A stretch of 45,041 nt of DNA from a virus. Taxonomy: Duplodnaviria > Heunggongvirae > Uroviricota > Caudoviricetes. A program made the translations under genes and the position numbers. The notes below the pieces were generated by a model. The model worked only from the letters and a program-made list of their open reading frames with translations, did not search any database and had not been told where the DNA came from. This document shows, one piece after another, positions 26,967 through 35,936 of this stretch (position 1 is its first letter; each line of letters begins with the position of its first letter). The DNA lies in the IMG/VR virus record IMGVR_UViG_2802429245_000013; one strand, written 5' to 3'.

Positions 26967-27066
26967 GTTCTATTAAAGTTCAATTGCGCTTGGTTCGCCT
27001 CGCGATACAGCTTTGCGAAGCATAGCTGAATTGAAGCAGTTTATTGGCAAAAATGCAATAACTTTT

Positions 27067-27522
27067 TTATTGGCTTTCTCCGCATAACGCCAATTTCATT
27101 GGTATATACAGAATGTGTTCAGCAACACCCAACCATGCATCAATGCGATTTCTGCAAGTTTTCAAGCTCCAGCCAGGGCGATACTTATTTAACTGTTGTG
27201 CCATTTTCAGCTTACTCATCCCCCGCCCTTCATATCTTTGTCGGAGGATAAAAATCAATCCAGGATGCTCTGCCATCACTTCACTAATTACCCGGTCAAT
27301 ACATAACGCCTCGGCATCAGTGCAATGGGACAGCCAGCTTTTTTGCTTACTGTCGATCATCTCACGCAAAAATGCTTCCAGCTCTGGCTTCTCTATTCCC
27401 GCTTTTTTCATTCTGCGCAGAGCTTCATTGATGGCTGTTTTCGTCAATTTTTTGGATGCCAGCAACTGGTTGAACATATTCCCCGTCTTACCGCCACCAA
27501 TATACGACCAGCGCCCCCACAT
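27067..27522 (-). CDS. Late-gene antiterminator Q-like protein, about 151 aa
   Basis: Position (last early gene before late terminator and lysis genes); ORF 27067..27729 trimmed because its 5-prime part overlaps the upstream gene; assignment is positional plus weak sequence impression. Confidence 0.45.
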   Translation of the reverse strand: MWGRWSYIGGGKTGNMFNQLLASKKLTKTAINEALRRMKKAGIEKPELEAFLREMIDSKQKSWLSHCTDAEALCIDRVISEVMAEHPGLIFILRQRYEGRGMSKLKMAQQLNKYRPGWSLKTCRNRIDAWLGVAEHILYIPMKLALCGESQ

Positions 27523-27605
27523 ACGCAGTTTTCCCTGAATCCAGACACTTTCCAGCGTGGTGAGACGAAGGTGTTCTCCGCTTTTTCCTGTATTCGTTGG
27601 GTAAA

Positions 27606-27896
27606 TCACAAATATCCCTCCTTTCTCCAGATTTCTTGTGTGCGAAAAACACCTTCTGCATGCATCAGGCGTAATTCTTCTTTGGTGTAATCGCTGGTTT
27701 TTACCCGCCCGTCGATTAAATCGTGGCACGAGCTACAGGCAATCGCGGCCTGCATATCGTGTGGCTTTATCGCTGTTCCGCACGTTCCCGCCAGTCGGTA
27801 ATGCGCCAGCACAGACGTTTCGGGATTGTGATTGCAGTAGCCAGGAATTCTGACCTGGCACATCTGGCCCCGCGCCGCTTTACGTAAATCCACCAT
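27606..27896 (-). CDS. YbcO-like Cys-rich nin-region protein, 96 aa
   Basis: ORF track; Cys pattern C..C....C...CSSCH; nin-region position upstream of Q. Confidence 0.5.
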   Translation of the reverse strand: MVDLRKAARGQMCQVRIPGYCNHNPETSVLAHYRLAGTCGTAIKPHDMQAAIACSSCHDLIDGRVKTSDYTKEELRLMHAEGVFRTQEIWRKEGYL

Positions 27897-28507
27897 TACG
27901 CAAACTCCAGCAGCTGCACGGCCACATTTTCGACTTGTTCCGGAGAGGAAAATTTACGGAACAGAATCCAGTTCCACAGCACATTCAGTACAGATTTATA
28001 AACCTGCTGAAACTCGGTTTCGTCCATATTCGCAAACGAGATGGATTTCGCCCTGCGCCCACGGCTACCGTCCGGATAAATATGCTCGGTGTAAAATCCG
28101 GCCTGAATGGTTACCCACTCGCGGAAAGCCTCAAACGACTTTAGCAATGCTGTATCTCGGGTTCTGCGTGTCGCAACTGTATTCAGATATTGCTCTGCGG
28201 CTTCGCTCAGAGCTGGCGTATGTTCCCGGCCTACTGATTCGCACAGATAATCAACGAAACCGGACACCAGTTTTCGCTCGCGAGGAGTGATCGCCCCACC
28301 GACCGGAGTCCAGTAATCGAATCCGAGTTGCAGAAGTTTGAAAAAACGCTTATGGAATGCGTAGTTACGAACGCGCTTAAAATCAGCGTGTATCCACTCG
28401 CCTATTTTGATTTGATGCAGAAAATCACAACTCTCCGGCGTCGCCGGGAGAAGTAATCCGGAAGAGGTTTGTTTGACCAGTTGTATATGCGCCATTGCTG
28501 TCTCCAA
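27896..28507 (-). CDS. YbcN-like nin-region protein, 203 aa
   Basis: ORF track; stop overlaps start of YbcO-like gene. Confidence 0.5.
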   Translation of the reverse strand: METAMAHIQLVKQTSSGLLLPATPESCDFLHQIKIGEWIHADFKRVRNYAFHKRFFKLLQLGFDYWTPVGGAITPRERKLVSGFVDYLCESVGREHTPALSEAAEQYLNTVATRRTRDTALLKSFEAFREWVTIQAGFYTEHIYPDGSRGRRAKSISFANMDETEFQQVYKSVLNVLWNWILFRKFSSPEQVENVAVQLLEFA

Positions 28508-28554
28508 TGGCGCTGTAGGTTGCCAGTTGTTCAGGCTGGCTTACGAATTATAAC

Positions 28555-28731
28555 TCATTCCCGAACCACCTTGAAACCGAGCCTTTCCAGGTATTCAATG
28601 AATGCCTCGATAGATAAAATCACATGATCATCAGGAATTAACGTTGTGTAGATAACGTCTCCATTCTCAACGCGCACAGCATAGAGGCCATTTTCACTAA
28701 AAATTTCACCCAATTCTTCGATTTTCATCAT
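28555..28731 (-). CDS. Hypothetical protein, 58 aa
   Basis: Hand-found ORF below track cutoff: MMKIEELGEIFSENGLYAVRVENGDVIYTTLIPDDHVILSIEAFIEYLERLGFKVVRE; RBS AAGGA upstream. Confidence 0.35.
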   Translation of the reverse strand: MMKIEELGEIFSENGLYAVRVENGDVIYTTLIPDDHVILSIEAFIEYLERLGFKVVRE

Positions 28732-28914
28732 CAGAATCCTTCCAGATAAATAGCTCTCCCCTTCGGGGTCCGTCCTTCTTATCCTTGCGCGCTATTTAAG
28801 AGCCCACGATTCTAGCCGTGAAGACACACCAATCAACAGCAACAAGCCACCGAAATAACAAAATTAGTCACCCACATCAGTACAACCAGATGCATCATGC
28901 TCACCGAAAATAAA

Positions 28915-28939
28915 CAACAAAAAACCCGCCGAAGCGGGT
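28915..28939 (-). terminator. Rho-independent terminator at 3-prime end of hok transcript
   Basis: Hairpin ACCCGCCGAAGCGGGT; on minus strand followed by TTTTTTGTTGTTT; about 70 nt after hok stop. Confidence 0.6.
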
Positions 28940-29008
28940 TAAATGCGGGTGCGTTGAGGATGTCTGGCACATCAGAGGTGGCGAGGGATTTCTCCCCCGC
29001 CTGGTCTC

Positions 29009-29164
29009 TTACTCCTCAGGTTCGTAAGCTGTGAAGACAGCGACCTCCGTCTGGCCGGTTCGGATTCGTACCTCGCAGAGGTCTTTCCTCGTTACCAGTG
29101 CCGTCACTATGACGGTTAAACAGATGACGATCAAGGCGATTAACATCGCCTTTTGCTGCTTCAT
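29009..29164 (-). CDS. hok: Hok/Gef family type I toxin (HokD/RelF-like), 51 aa
   Basis: Translation MKQQKAMLIALIVICLTVIVTALVTRKDLCEVRIRTGQTEVAVFTAYEPEE is a canonical Hok-family sequence (single TM, conserved C-terminal periplasmic part). Confidence 0.85.
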   Translation of the reverse strand: MKQQKAMLIALIVICLTVIVTALVTRKDLCEVRIRTGQTEVAVFTAYEPEE

Positions 29165-29222
29165 AGCCTGCTTCTCCTTGCCTTTCGGCACGCAAGAGGC
29201 TAATCTTCAGTTGTCGAGACAT
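29016..29222 (-). CDS. mok: Mok-like overlapping reading frame (translation coupled to hok)
   Basis: ORF 29016..29312 in a different frame overlapping hok almost completely and ending 7 nt from hok stop, as in hok/mok/sok loci; start uncertain. Confidence 0.4.
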   Translation of the reverse strand: MSRQLKISLLRAERQGEAGYEAAKGDVNRLDRHLFNRHSDGTGNEERPLRGTNPNRPDGGRCLHSLRT

Positions 29223-29435
29223 AAGACTGGCCTCACTTCGATTTATAGTCGGGTGGGGCTTTTCTCTATCTGCCTTTTGGTGTTCATGCCCGAGGCAGAT
29301 AGCCTCAAGCACCCGCAGTAATTCTACTTAACTCTCCTTTTCCCGCAAACCGTTTTTATCCCCATCGGCAAATCGAATACACAACCAGCGCCACCGCCAG
29401 TGCAATTCCTACCGTTGTGAATGCTTCAGGCCAGG

Positions 29436-30032
29436 TCATCGTAAAATATCCTCCGCGCTTATCAGTCCGTTTCGCTTCAGGTAGACCATCGCCTTCTCCG
29501 GTAATTTGCAGTCCGGCTTCGCTTTCCTCAATTGGCTAACCAGTTGTTTAATCAGCATTGTTAATTCCCGTACCTGAACGTCCCCTTTGGTATCCTCATT
29601 GGTGAGGATACCATCGTCTTTCCCCTGAAGCATGGCGGCGCAGCAGGCGTTCCATGAAATTTCCTGAAGGGAACGACGAATCTGTGTGCTGCATATACTC
29701 CTCCCTGACTCCTGGCTGTTAAACCATGTTTCAAATTCCGGCACTACCGTCGCTGGCGGGGCGGTGTAAAGTGGAACAACTCGCCCTCCCCATTGCTTAA
29801 CACTACTCTCCGCGAACACTAAATGCTCAGTCCGATAATACCCGGGGGCATCAATATCTTTTCTTTCGCTATCCCACATGTAAACCACCGGCTCTGCTTC
29901 CAGCGATGCCAGTGCGATACGAAACACATTAGTAAGCAGGCTGTTTGAAGATTGGTTATCGTGCGCCGGATCGCTCAGGAAACCAGTGATGAATGATTTA
30001 ATTTCCGCGTTTTCTCTGGTAATAGTGGTCAT
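29436..30032 (-). CDS. Hypothetical protein, about 198 aa
   Basis: ORF 29436..30122 trimmed to Met whose ATG lies 1 nt after upstream stop (TGATATG). Confidence 0.4.
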   Translation of the reverse strand: MTTITRENAEIKSFITGFLSDPAHDNQSSNSLLTNVFRIALASLEAEPVVYMWDSERKDIDAPGYYRTEHLVFAESSVKQWGGRVVPLYTAPPATVVPEFETWFNSQESGRSICSTQIRRSLQEISWNACCAAMLQGKDDGILTNEDTKGDVQVRELTMLIKQLVSQLRKAKPDCKLPEKAMVYLKRNGLISAEDILR

Positions 30033-30033
30033 A

Positions 30034-30252
30034 TCAGTTTTCCTTATACGGATTAATTTTATTGTGTAGTGTGTTGAACGGCGCCCATACCACGTCGTTA
30101 TACAATTCAATAACTGGCTCAATTATTTTCCCGATTGCCCAGACAAAAATTAGAGGGGATATCGGTATCATCAACACGATAAACAGAATGAGAAACAAAA
30201 ATTCTGTCGCTCTACTTTTTCGCAGATATTCTTTTCTGAATAATGTAGGCAC
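30034..30252 (-). CDS. Small membrane protein, 72 aa
   Basis: ORF track; hydrophobic core FLFLILFIVLMIPISPLIFVWAIG. Confidence 0.35.
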   Translation of the reverse strand: MPTLFRKEYLRKSRATEFLFLILFIVLMIPISPLIFVWAIGKIIEPVIELYNDVVWAPFNTLHNKINPYKEN

Positions 30253-30253
30253 A

Positions 30254-30469
30254 TCACTCTCCTTTGTTGCTCCTCAAAATTTTATGCCCTGGCGCAAAAG
30301 CACGCGTTTTGTCGGCGCTTATTCGCCACCCATCTTTACGTGCCTCTTTTGCACAGCCAGCCCATGACGTACCGATATACTCACCGAAGTCTGGTGACTG
30401 ATATTTACCATTTGTACACTGGCGACAATCACAGTAGAGATGCATGGTGTAACTTGCGGCAATAGCCAT
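30254..30469 (-). CDS. Cys-rich small protein, 71 aa
   Basis: ORF 30254..30577 trimmed to Met with RBS AAGGAG 7 nt upstream; motif CDCRQC...C. Confidence 0.4.
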   Translation of the reverse strand: MAIAASYTMHLYCDCRQCTNGKYQSPDFGEYIGTSWAGCAKEARKDGWRISADKTRAFAPGHKILRSNKGE

Positions 30470-30470
30470 A

Positions 30471-30662
30471 TCAGGCTCCTTTAGTGCGCAAGTGGTTTTT
30501 CCAGCGGTTTTGCGCCGCGCTGCGCTTATCTTTGATTCCCTCTCTGGCAATTCCAGAATATAAGTACAACACCACACGGCGATTGCTAACTCTCAACCAC
30601 TGGCTGGGATAGCAACGTCTGTATACACGGGAAATAAGCATCTTTGCTTTACGGTTTTTCAT
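30471..30662 (-). CDS. Basic small protein, 63 aa (doubtful)
   Basis: ORF track; stop overlaps downstream RBS/start. Confidence 0.25.
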   Translation of the reverse strand: MKNRKAKMLISRVYRRCYPSQWLRVSNRRVVLYLYSGIAREGIKDKRSAAQNRWKNHLRTKGA

Positions 30663-30992
30663 CGTTTTGCTCTCCTGCGTCTCTTTGCTGCACGTCGCGC
30701 CGCTGCAATACCGGTATGGCGCTTTGGTGCCGGGATAATATTGTCAGCCATCATGACATGTGGAATAACTGTTAATGACGACGCCCCAAACCGCACCAGA
30801 TACGGCAATAAACAATTTTCCATCCGCATTTCTCACCTCAATTGATCTGAATATCAGTAATTGTTTGTTGCAACCATTCTTTAGTTAGTTCTGCCATTTT
30901 TATTACCGCCCTTTCGGGCGGCCTCCGGATGATTTGAGGGTGCAGGAATCCCTCCGGTTAAGGATTAAAATTATTTACAGTGCTAAATTTAA

Positions 30993-31349
30993 TTATTCAG
31001 TTCTGTTTTTTTTCGCCCTGCGTATCCGCGCTTTCGCGTTACGCTCAATCTGAATTAACTTTTCTATATTTTTCCGCCTTTCCTGTTCCTCCTGGCGCAA
31101 TAGCCTTACATCATCTGCCAGTCTGGTTTCTCTTTTCGCCACAGAGAGCATCCAGTCAAACGGCTCCACAACTGCACCGCAGATTTTACAGCGGACCTGA
31201 CGCTCTTTTTCGTCAACCCGAACAGAGGCGTGATGACAATATGGTCTTTCCGATGACTCATAAAGAAAATTAACCTGATTACGTGGGTCATCCTCTTTTA
31301 CCGGAAATAAAACAATATTACTTAACTCATCTTCTGGTTTTATTTCCAC
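30993..31349 (-). CDS. Hypothetical protein with CxxC motif, about 118 aa, GTG start
   Basis: ORF 30993..31430 trimmed to GTG 1 nt after upstream stop with RBS AAGGAG; C-terminal basic stretch. Confidence 0.4.
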   Translation of the reverse strand: MEIKPEDELSNIVLFPVKEDDPRNQVNFLYESSERPYCHHASVRVDEKERQVRCKICGAVVEPFDWMLSVAKRETRLADDVRLLRQEEQERRKNIEKLIQIERNAKARIRRAKKNRTE

Positions 31350-31350
31350 G

Positions 31351-31881
31351 TCACTCTCCTTTGATGCGAATGCCAGCGACGCGTGGCACATTAACTTCCA
31401 CGATGCGCACATTTGGTTTGTACATCTCAATCGCTGTCAGCCAGTCAGCGCCGGTCATACGCTTTTCTGCATCGCCATTAGTCCATTGAACCGGCGCACC
31501 AATAGCTTTCATCGCAATTTCTATTTCCCCGGCAATGGCGCTTTTCCCGCAACCAGTAAAACCAGATACAACGACAAGAACTTCACCTTTGGCTGGTTTT
31601 ATTTCCCGTGCTTCCAGTTCTGCAATGCGCTTTTTGGCTGCTTCCAGTTCATCCAGTAGTGCCTGCACTACTGCTGGGTTGAAAGCTGCGATATAACGAG
31701 CGTTGTTCTCTGCGTTTTTCTGTCCGTCAAAGCCGGGCCATTTGATAACGTCTTCACATCGTTTATCACCGGGCGTATGCACCGCATACGTACCAGTACC
31801 CGACGAAATAAATGCGCACCATTCGCCCTGCGTGGCCTGTTTTGCTATCTTACGCAGTACCTTATATTCAATTTTGCCCAC
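31351..31881 (-). CDS. Ead/Ea22-like protein, 176 aa
   Basis: N-terminal region ...ATQGEWC...[28 protein letters not shown]... shared with paralog at 32131..32778; GTG start with RBS GGAGG. Confidence 0.5.
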   Translation of the reverse strand: MGKIEYKVLRKIAKQATQGEWCAFISSGTGTYAVHTPGDKRCEDVIKWPGFDGQKNAENNARYIAAFNPAVVQALLDELEAAKKRIAELEAREIKPAKGEVLVVVSGFTGCGKSAIAGEIEIAMKAIGAPVQWTNGDAEKRMTGADWLTAIEMYKPNVRIVEVNVPRVAGIRIKGE

Positions 31882-32134
31882 TGGTCGCCTCCGCTTCCCA
31901 CGTTTTCAGACTTTCACCACAGAACGGGCAAAATGAAACCCGAACTGGTGATTTAGAAAATTCACCGGAACGCAACATCACCAAATCAGGGCCGCGAGTT
32001 AAACTCTCATTCCAGATTTTGTATATCAGCAGACCTTTTCGCGTCGTGTATTCAGCATCATGCTCAAGGGATTTTGCCAGAGCCGTACACGGTTCTATCT
32101 TGTTGCCATTAATTTGGCATTTTGACTCACTCAC
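31868..32134 (-). CDS. Small Cys4 zinc-ribbon-like protein, about 88 aa
   Basis: ORF 31868..32167 trimmed to GTG overlapping upstream stop (GTGA) with RBS AAGGAG; Cys pattern C-x10-C ... CPFC. Confidence 0.4.
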   Translation of the reverse strand: MSESKCQINGNKIEPCTALAKSLEHDAEYTTRKGLLIYKIWNESLTRGPDLVMLRSGEFSKSPVRVSFCPFCGESLKTWEAEATSGQN

Positions 32135-32778
32135 TGGTTGTCTCCTTTGCGAATCTGTTCCACCCATTCTTCAAGGGATTTCTCCGCATATTCACCGGAC
32201 AGGCCATCAATCGGGTGCGGTTCATTAGCCAACTCTTCTTTCGCTGACAGAATCATGCGCGTAACGTCGAAAACTTCACGTAAAGACTTATTGATAAATC
32301 CGTGGTTGAAAGCAGCAGCAAGACGGCTGGCGGTATAGTTAATCCCCTCGTTGCGAGCCTCCGCACGTACTTCAGCCAGGAAAGCATCGGTGGCTGGGGT
32401 TTGCGGCATCCTTCCGTCTATTGCGCAGATATACGCATCAGATAGTTCATCCTGCTCGCCATCAAACACGTAGCAACTCTGTACGATAAATTTATTCAGC
32501 CCCGCATTCTCCGCCGCCAGCGCCACAAGATTAGCTTCCAGCTCTGCAATGCGTTTGCTTTGGGCTTCCCGTTCATCAAGCACTGCCAGCACGGTAGCCG
32601 GATTGGCTGCCGCTATGAATCGCTTATTGGCGCGATTATCTGGTCCTGAGCATGATGCTATGTAGTAATTTGCGTTCAGTCCGGCATCGGCAATTACCCC
32701 ATAATCATCAGAACACCATTCGCCAGGGGTTGCATTTTCTGCCGCCATTCGCAGTGCCTGGTAATTAATGTTGCTCAC
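32131..32778 (-). CDS. Ead/Ea22-like protein (paralog), about 215 aa
   Basis: ORF 32131..32808 trimmed to GTG with RBS AGGAGG; N-terminal ...ATPGEWC...[28 protein letters not shown]... Confidence 0.5.
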   Translation of the reverse strand: MSNINYQALRMAAENATPGEWCSDDYGVIADAGLNANYYIASCSGPDNRANKRFIAAANPATVLAVLDEREAQSKRIAELEANLVALAAENAGLNKFIVQSCYVFDGEQDELSDAYICAIDGRMPQTPATDAFLAEVRAEARNEGINYTASRLAAAFNHGFINKSLREVFDVTRMILSAKEELANEPHPIDGLSGEYAEKSLEEWVEQIRKGDNQ

Positions 32779-33508
32779 TGGTTTCCTCCTGGCAAAGCTG
32801 GGCGACAATATCGCGATATTTATTCAGCTCCCGCAGCGCGGCGCAGACTCGCTCCCATTTCCGGATATCACTTTTCGCCCGACGCAGTTCGCGGTTTGCC
32901 TGTCGCAGCGATGGCAGAACCAGATTATCCACTCGCTTCTCAAGCGGCTGCACAATGTCCGCCACAGTTTCTGTTTTAATATCTTCCTGTGTTGCAGCTT
33001 CCTGTACTGGTAACGCAACATATGCAGGCTGAGGAAAGGCTTTACCATCAGTTTCCGCTACCGATGCCGCTTTCGGCTCTGCTGGTAAATTACCGCCCGG
33101 CATGCAGTAACGAAATTTACCGTTCTGATTAACACGAATCAGACGACCTTTGCTGATTGCCATTGCCAGCGTTGAAGCCACTTTGCGGGATGTTGTACCG
33201 AACAGAGTAGCCAGTTCATCCGCCGTTTGTGGTCCGCGTTGTTCAATCGTCGCGGTTAAATCGCACTCTGAGATTTTCGCTACTGTCGCCGTGGTGGTTT
33301 CTTCCGGCTGTTCTTCTGGCGCTGGCTGTTCCTGCTGAACGTTGTTATCAGCCACACGCCAGGTGTATACGCTTTTATCAACGAAGCCAGCCTTTTTCAG
33401 TTCCCACAGCTCGTTCAGTACTTCTTCACGACTGATATCAAGTCGCGCAGCCAGCTCTACCGACGTGGCTTTTCCCATCGCTTTCAGTGCGTCAAAAACA
33501 GTCTCCAT
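32765..33508 (-). CDS. Winged-helix DNA-binding protein of early region, 247 aa
   Basis: ORF track; N-terminal HTH-like [30 protein letters not shown]; RBS GGAGG. Confidence 0.45.
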   Translation of the reverse strand: METVFDALKAMGKATSVELAARLDISREEVLNELWELKKAGFVDKSVYTWRVADNNVQQEQPAPEEQPEETTTATVAKISECDLTATIEQRGPQTADELATLFGTTSRKVASTLAMAISKGRLIRVNQNGKFRYCMPGGNLPAEPKAASVAETDGKAFPQPAYVALPVQEAATQEDIKTETVADIVQPLEKRVDNLVLPSLRQANRELRRAKSDIRKWERVCAALRELNKYRDIVAQLCQEETSEQH

Positions 33509-33528
33509 AAATTTCCTCCCGGTAAAAA

Positions 33529-34275
33529 TTACTTTTCAATACCTGGCTGACCAACATTCGGGCGCCAGCTCTCCCAGTTAAAATTCACCCAGCGCCCGCC
33601 GTTCATGGTCATGCGATCCATAATCCGCTCGCCGAGCAATGTTTTCATGGCCTCATAGTTCAGGTTTGTCAGCATTCCCACGCTACGCATCGACGCTGTC
33701 CGTCGATCAATAATCTGGTGCAGTACCACCTGCTCGTTTTTCGTCTCGCGCTGAATGCCAATTTCATCAAGAACCAGCAGATCCACTTCGCACAGTTCCC
33801 GCAAAAATTTTTCGCCTGACTGCCCGTCGTCATAGCTGGCGTGCAGGGCGCTCATAACATCAGCCACGGTAACCACAATCACTGTCTGACCGTCTTTCAG
33901 CAGGCGATTCCCGATAGCTGCCGCTAAGTGATTCTTCCCGGTACCAGGTTTTCCGCTGAACGCAAAATTTGTACACCCGGTCATCAGTTCATCGGCGATG
34001 GATTTCGCCTGGCTTAACGCGTATCGCTGGTCGTCGTTCTGCACCTGGTAATTCGCAAACGAGCATTTACGGTGCAACGGCTGGATGCCTGAGCGATTCA
34101 GAATTTTTTCCACCCGCAACTGGCGATTCAGGCGGTTGATCTCCTCGCTACGTTTCTGGCCTTCAGCAAGTTGCCACTCGCGCCACTCCGCAACCGTTCT
34201 GAATGGGGCGGTTACATGTGGTGGGGCCAGTCTGCGGATACGCTCCAGAACGCCTCCTGTCGCAATATTTTTCAT
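33529..34275 (-). CDS. DnaC-like replication helicase loader (IstB-like AAA+ ATPase), 248 aa
   Basis: Walker [18 protein letters not shown] and Walker [10 protein letters not shown] in ORF translation; follows O-like gene. Confidence 0.75.
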   Translation of the reverse strand: MKNIATGGVLERIRRLAPPHVTAPFRTVAEWREWQLAEGQKRSEEINRLNRQLRVEKILNRSGIQPLHRKCSFANYQVQNDDQRYALSQAKSIADELMTGCTNFAFSGKPGTGKNHLAAAIGNRLLKDGQTVIVVTVADVMSALHASYDDGQSGEKFLRELCEVDLLVLDEIGIQRETKNEQVVLHQIIDRRTASMRSVGMLTNLNYEAMKTLLGERIMDRMTMNGGRWVNFNWESWRPNVGQPGIEK

Positions 34276-34281
34276 GGTCTG

Positions 34282-35070
34282 TTACCCCCTGAAGCCTGGC
34301 GGGATCGCACTGTCCGGCAACGAGACGGTGTTAACCTGTCGGAGCAACGTCTCAGGCCGAACGCCTTTCGGCGCGAACAAGCCCTGGTATTCATTGGCGA
34401 TGCTGTGTCTAATCACCTGCTCAGGGGTAAAACCCTGCTGGCGGAATTTTTCCAGCTCCCGTATCGCCCCGTTAGCGCCCTGCTCCGTTCGAATCGGTTT
34501 TCGTAATGCCTGTCTGAACCGGACCCACTCATGCCAGAGTGTTTCCGGCAACCAATCGGGCAACTCAATAGCCTCCGGCTCGAATTTTTTAGATGCTCGT
34601 TTTTGGCGAGGGGGATTTAGGGGGAGATCAGTATTTATATCTTCCTCTTCCTCTTCCTCTGGTAACGCTTTTTGATCCGTTTGTGTAACGCTGCCAGCGT
34701 TACCTTTTCGTTTCAGCTCGCGTAATTTTGTAACCCTCTCGTTTGTAATCGCCCGTTTTTTAGAGCTTTTTCCGTTATGGCGTTCAAAGTTAGGTAGAGA
34801 AAGCCCAACGTCATTTTCGACCAGCCATCCAACCTGAATTAACGCATCAGCAAAACCAGCCATAAAAGTGATGCGATCTATTGCACTTTTTGTAACGCCG
34901 CGAGCGTTACAATCTGCATTACCGTCTATCATTTGTTGATCCGCCCATGCCCAGAAGCGAATAACCTTCCCTAATGCGGCATCTGGATCAATATTCAGAA
35001 TCTCAGCAAGCCTGAATATTTCCGGCTTATCCGGCGTAATAACCTCGAGCTTTATCCAGTTTGAAGCCAT
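34282..35070 (-). CDS. Replication initiation protein (O-like / YdaU-like), 262 aa
   Basis: ORF track; position between CII-like and DnaC-like genes; acidic linker EEEEEED; contains two 19-bp palindromes. Confidence 0.5.
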   Translation of the reverse strand: MASNWIKLEVITPDKPEIFRLAEILNIDPDAALGKVIRFWAWADQQMIDGNADCNARGVTKSAIDRITFMAGFADALIQVGWLVENDVGLSLPNFERHNGKSSKKRAITNERVTKLRELKRKGNAGSVTQTDQKALPEEEEEEDINTDLPLNPPRQKRASKKFEPEAIELPDWLPETLWHEWVRFRQALRKPIRTEQGANGAIRELEKFRQQGFTPEQVIRHSIANEYQGLFAPKGVRPETLLRQVNTVSLPDSAIPPGFRG

Positions 35071-35102
35071 TTGTTTTCACCTTGTAACGCTCGCAGCGTT
35101 AC
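34685..35102. repeat. Three 19-bp palindromes GTAACGC-N5-GCGTTAC at 34685-34703, 34892-34910 and 35084-35102
   Basis: Read directly: gtaacgctgccagcgttac, gtaacgccgcgagcgttac, gtaacgctcgcagcgttac; two inside the O-like gene, one just upstream of its RBS. Confidence 0.6.
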
Positions 35103-35147
35103 ATTTAACTGATACCGAACAAAACAATCCGGCACGATTAATTTCAA

Positions 35148-35570
35148 TCAATGCACTACGACAGAATCACCGGGCGACCCACCACCGCTGAAATGTGCTT
35201 TCCGGTAAACGGCCTGGACTGCATCATCATGCGCATCAATTGCCGTACTCAACGCTTCCTGCGCCGCCAGTAATGCACGGCGTTCCAGGGTATCGAAGAT
35301 GCAGAGTCGGTGACGCAGCTCGCGCGGAAGAATTGCCAGAACCGCAGGGATCAGTGTCTGAATTTTTTCCCTTTGCGCTTTCGTTTCACCTTTTAACCAA
35401 CGGTGATAGATGTTCTGCTGATTATTCCAGTCCTTGCCTGGTACCAGGGGCAATTCGCCGCCCCCCTGGCGCAGATATTCTTCAGTAATTGCATTGGCTA
35501 CCCATGCCTGCCCTTTTTCAGCGGCCAGGGCTAACAGCACTGATTCGATGTGCTCATGCCTGATTTTCAT
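35148..35570 (-). CDS. CII-like / YdaT-like regulatory protein, 140 aa
   Basis: ORF track; second gene of the Cro-side operon. Confidence 0.45.
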   Translation of the reverse strand: MKIRHEHIESVLLALAAEKGQAWVANAITEEYLRQGGGELPLVPGKDWNNQQNIYHRWLKGETKAQREKIQTLIPAVLAILPRELRHRLCIFDTLERRALLAAQEALSTAIDAHDDAVQAVYRKAHFSGGGSPGDSVVVH

Positions 35571-35829
35571 GAATCAACTCCTGTGCATTTTGTGTGTTAG
35601 CCTTACATCCAACAGGTAAACCATCGGTCGGATTCGGGTAGATATCAGGCCGGAGTTCATGAGGTGTAACCTCGAAATTCGTTACTTCAGCAACACGTAA
35701 TGCTTTTTCAGGGCTGAATCTTTCATAGCCCCCCAGCACTCGACTTACATGCACCTGAGATAAACCCGTTAGCTTCCCAAACTGTAACTGGGTGATATGT
35801 TTCTCTTTTAAATAGTCTCTTAAGTTCAT
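35554..35829 (-). CDS. Cro-like HTH regulator (YdaS-like), about 91 aa
   Basis: ORF trimmed to ATG at 35829 with RBS GAAGGT; HTH QLQFGKLTGLSQVHVSRVLGG; divergent from repressor gene. Confidence 0.55.
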   Translation of the reverse strand: MNLRDYLKEKHITQLQFGKLTGLSQVHVSRVLGGYERFSPEKALRVAEVTNFEVTPHELRPDIYPNPTDGLPVGCKANTQNAQELIHENQA

Positions 35830-35859
35830 AGCCAACCTTCTACGTTATGCCTCGAACAA

Positions 35860-35888
35860 ATATTAGCTCCACTAATTTTAAAGATCAA
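35860..35888 (-). promoter_or_regulatory. Candidate Cro-side promoter (TTGATC-17-TAATAT on minus strand)
   Basis: Hexamers read from sequence in the 100-bp divergent intergenic region. Confidence 0.45.
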
Positions 35889-35904
35889 CAGTCAGACTAT
35901 CTTT
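35880..35904. promoter_or_regulatory. Operator-like inverted repeat AAAGAT-N13-ATCTTT in the immunity intergenic region
   Basis: Read from sequence; overlaps both candidate divergent promoters. Confidence 0.3.
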
Positions 35905-35930
35905 GATAATATTGGTAAAACAAATAAACT
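35903..35930 (+). promoter_or_regulatory. Candidate repressor promoter (TTGATA-16-TAAACT) giving a leaderless or near-leaderless transcript
   Basis: -10 hexamer ends 6 nt before the repressor ATG and no Shine-Dalgarno is present. Confidence 0.4.
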
Positions 35931-35936
35931 CTATGT

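Noticed and set aside
30663-30990. Short minus-strand frames (19 and about 54 aa) between the nin-like small genes and the Ea22-like cluster
   Set aside because: Weak or mis-spaced RBS and Arg/Ala-rich low-complexity products; coding status cannot be supported from sequence alone.
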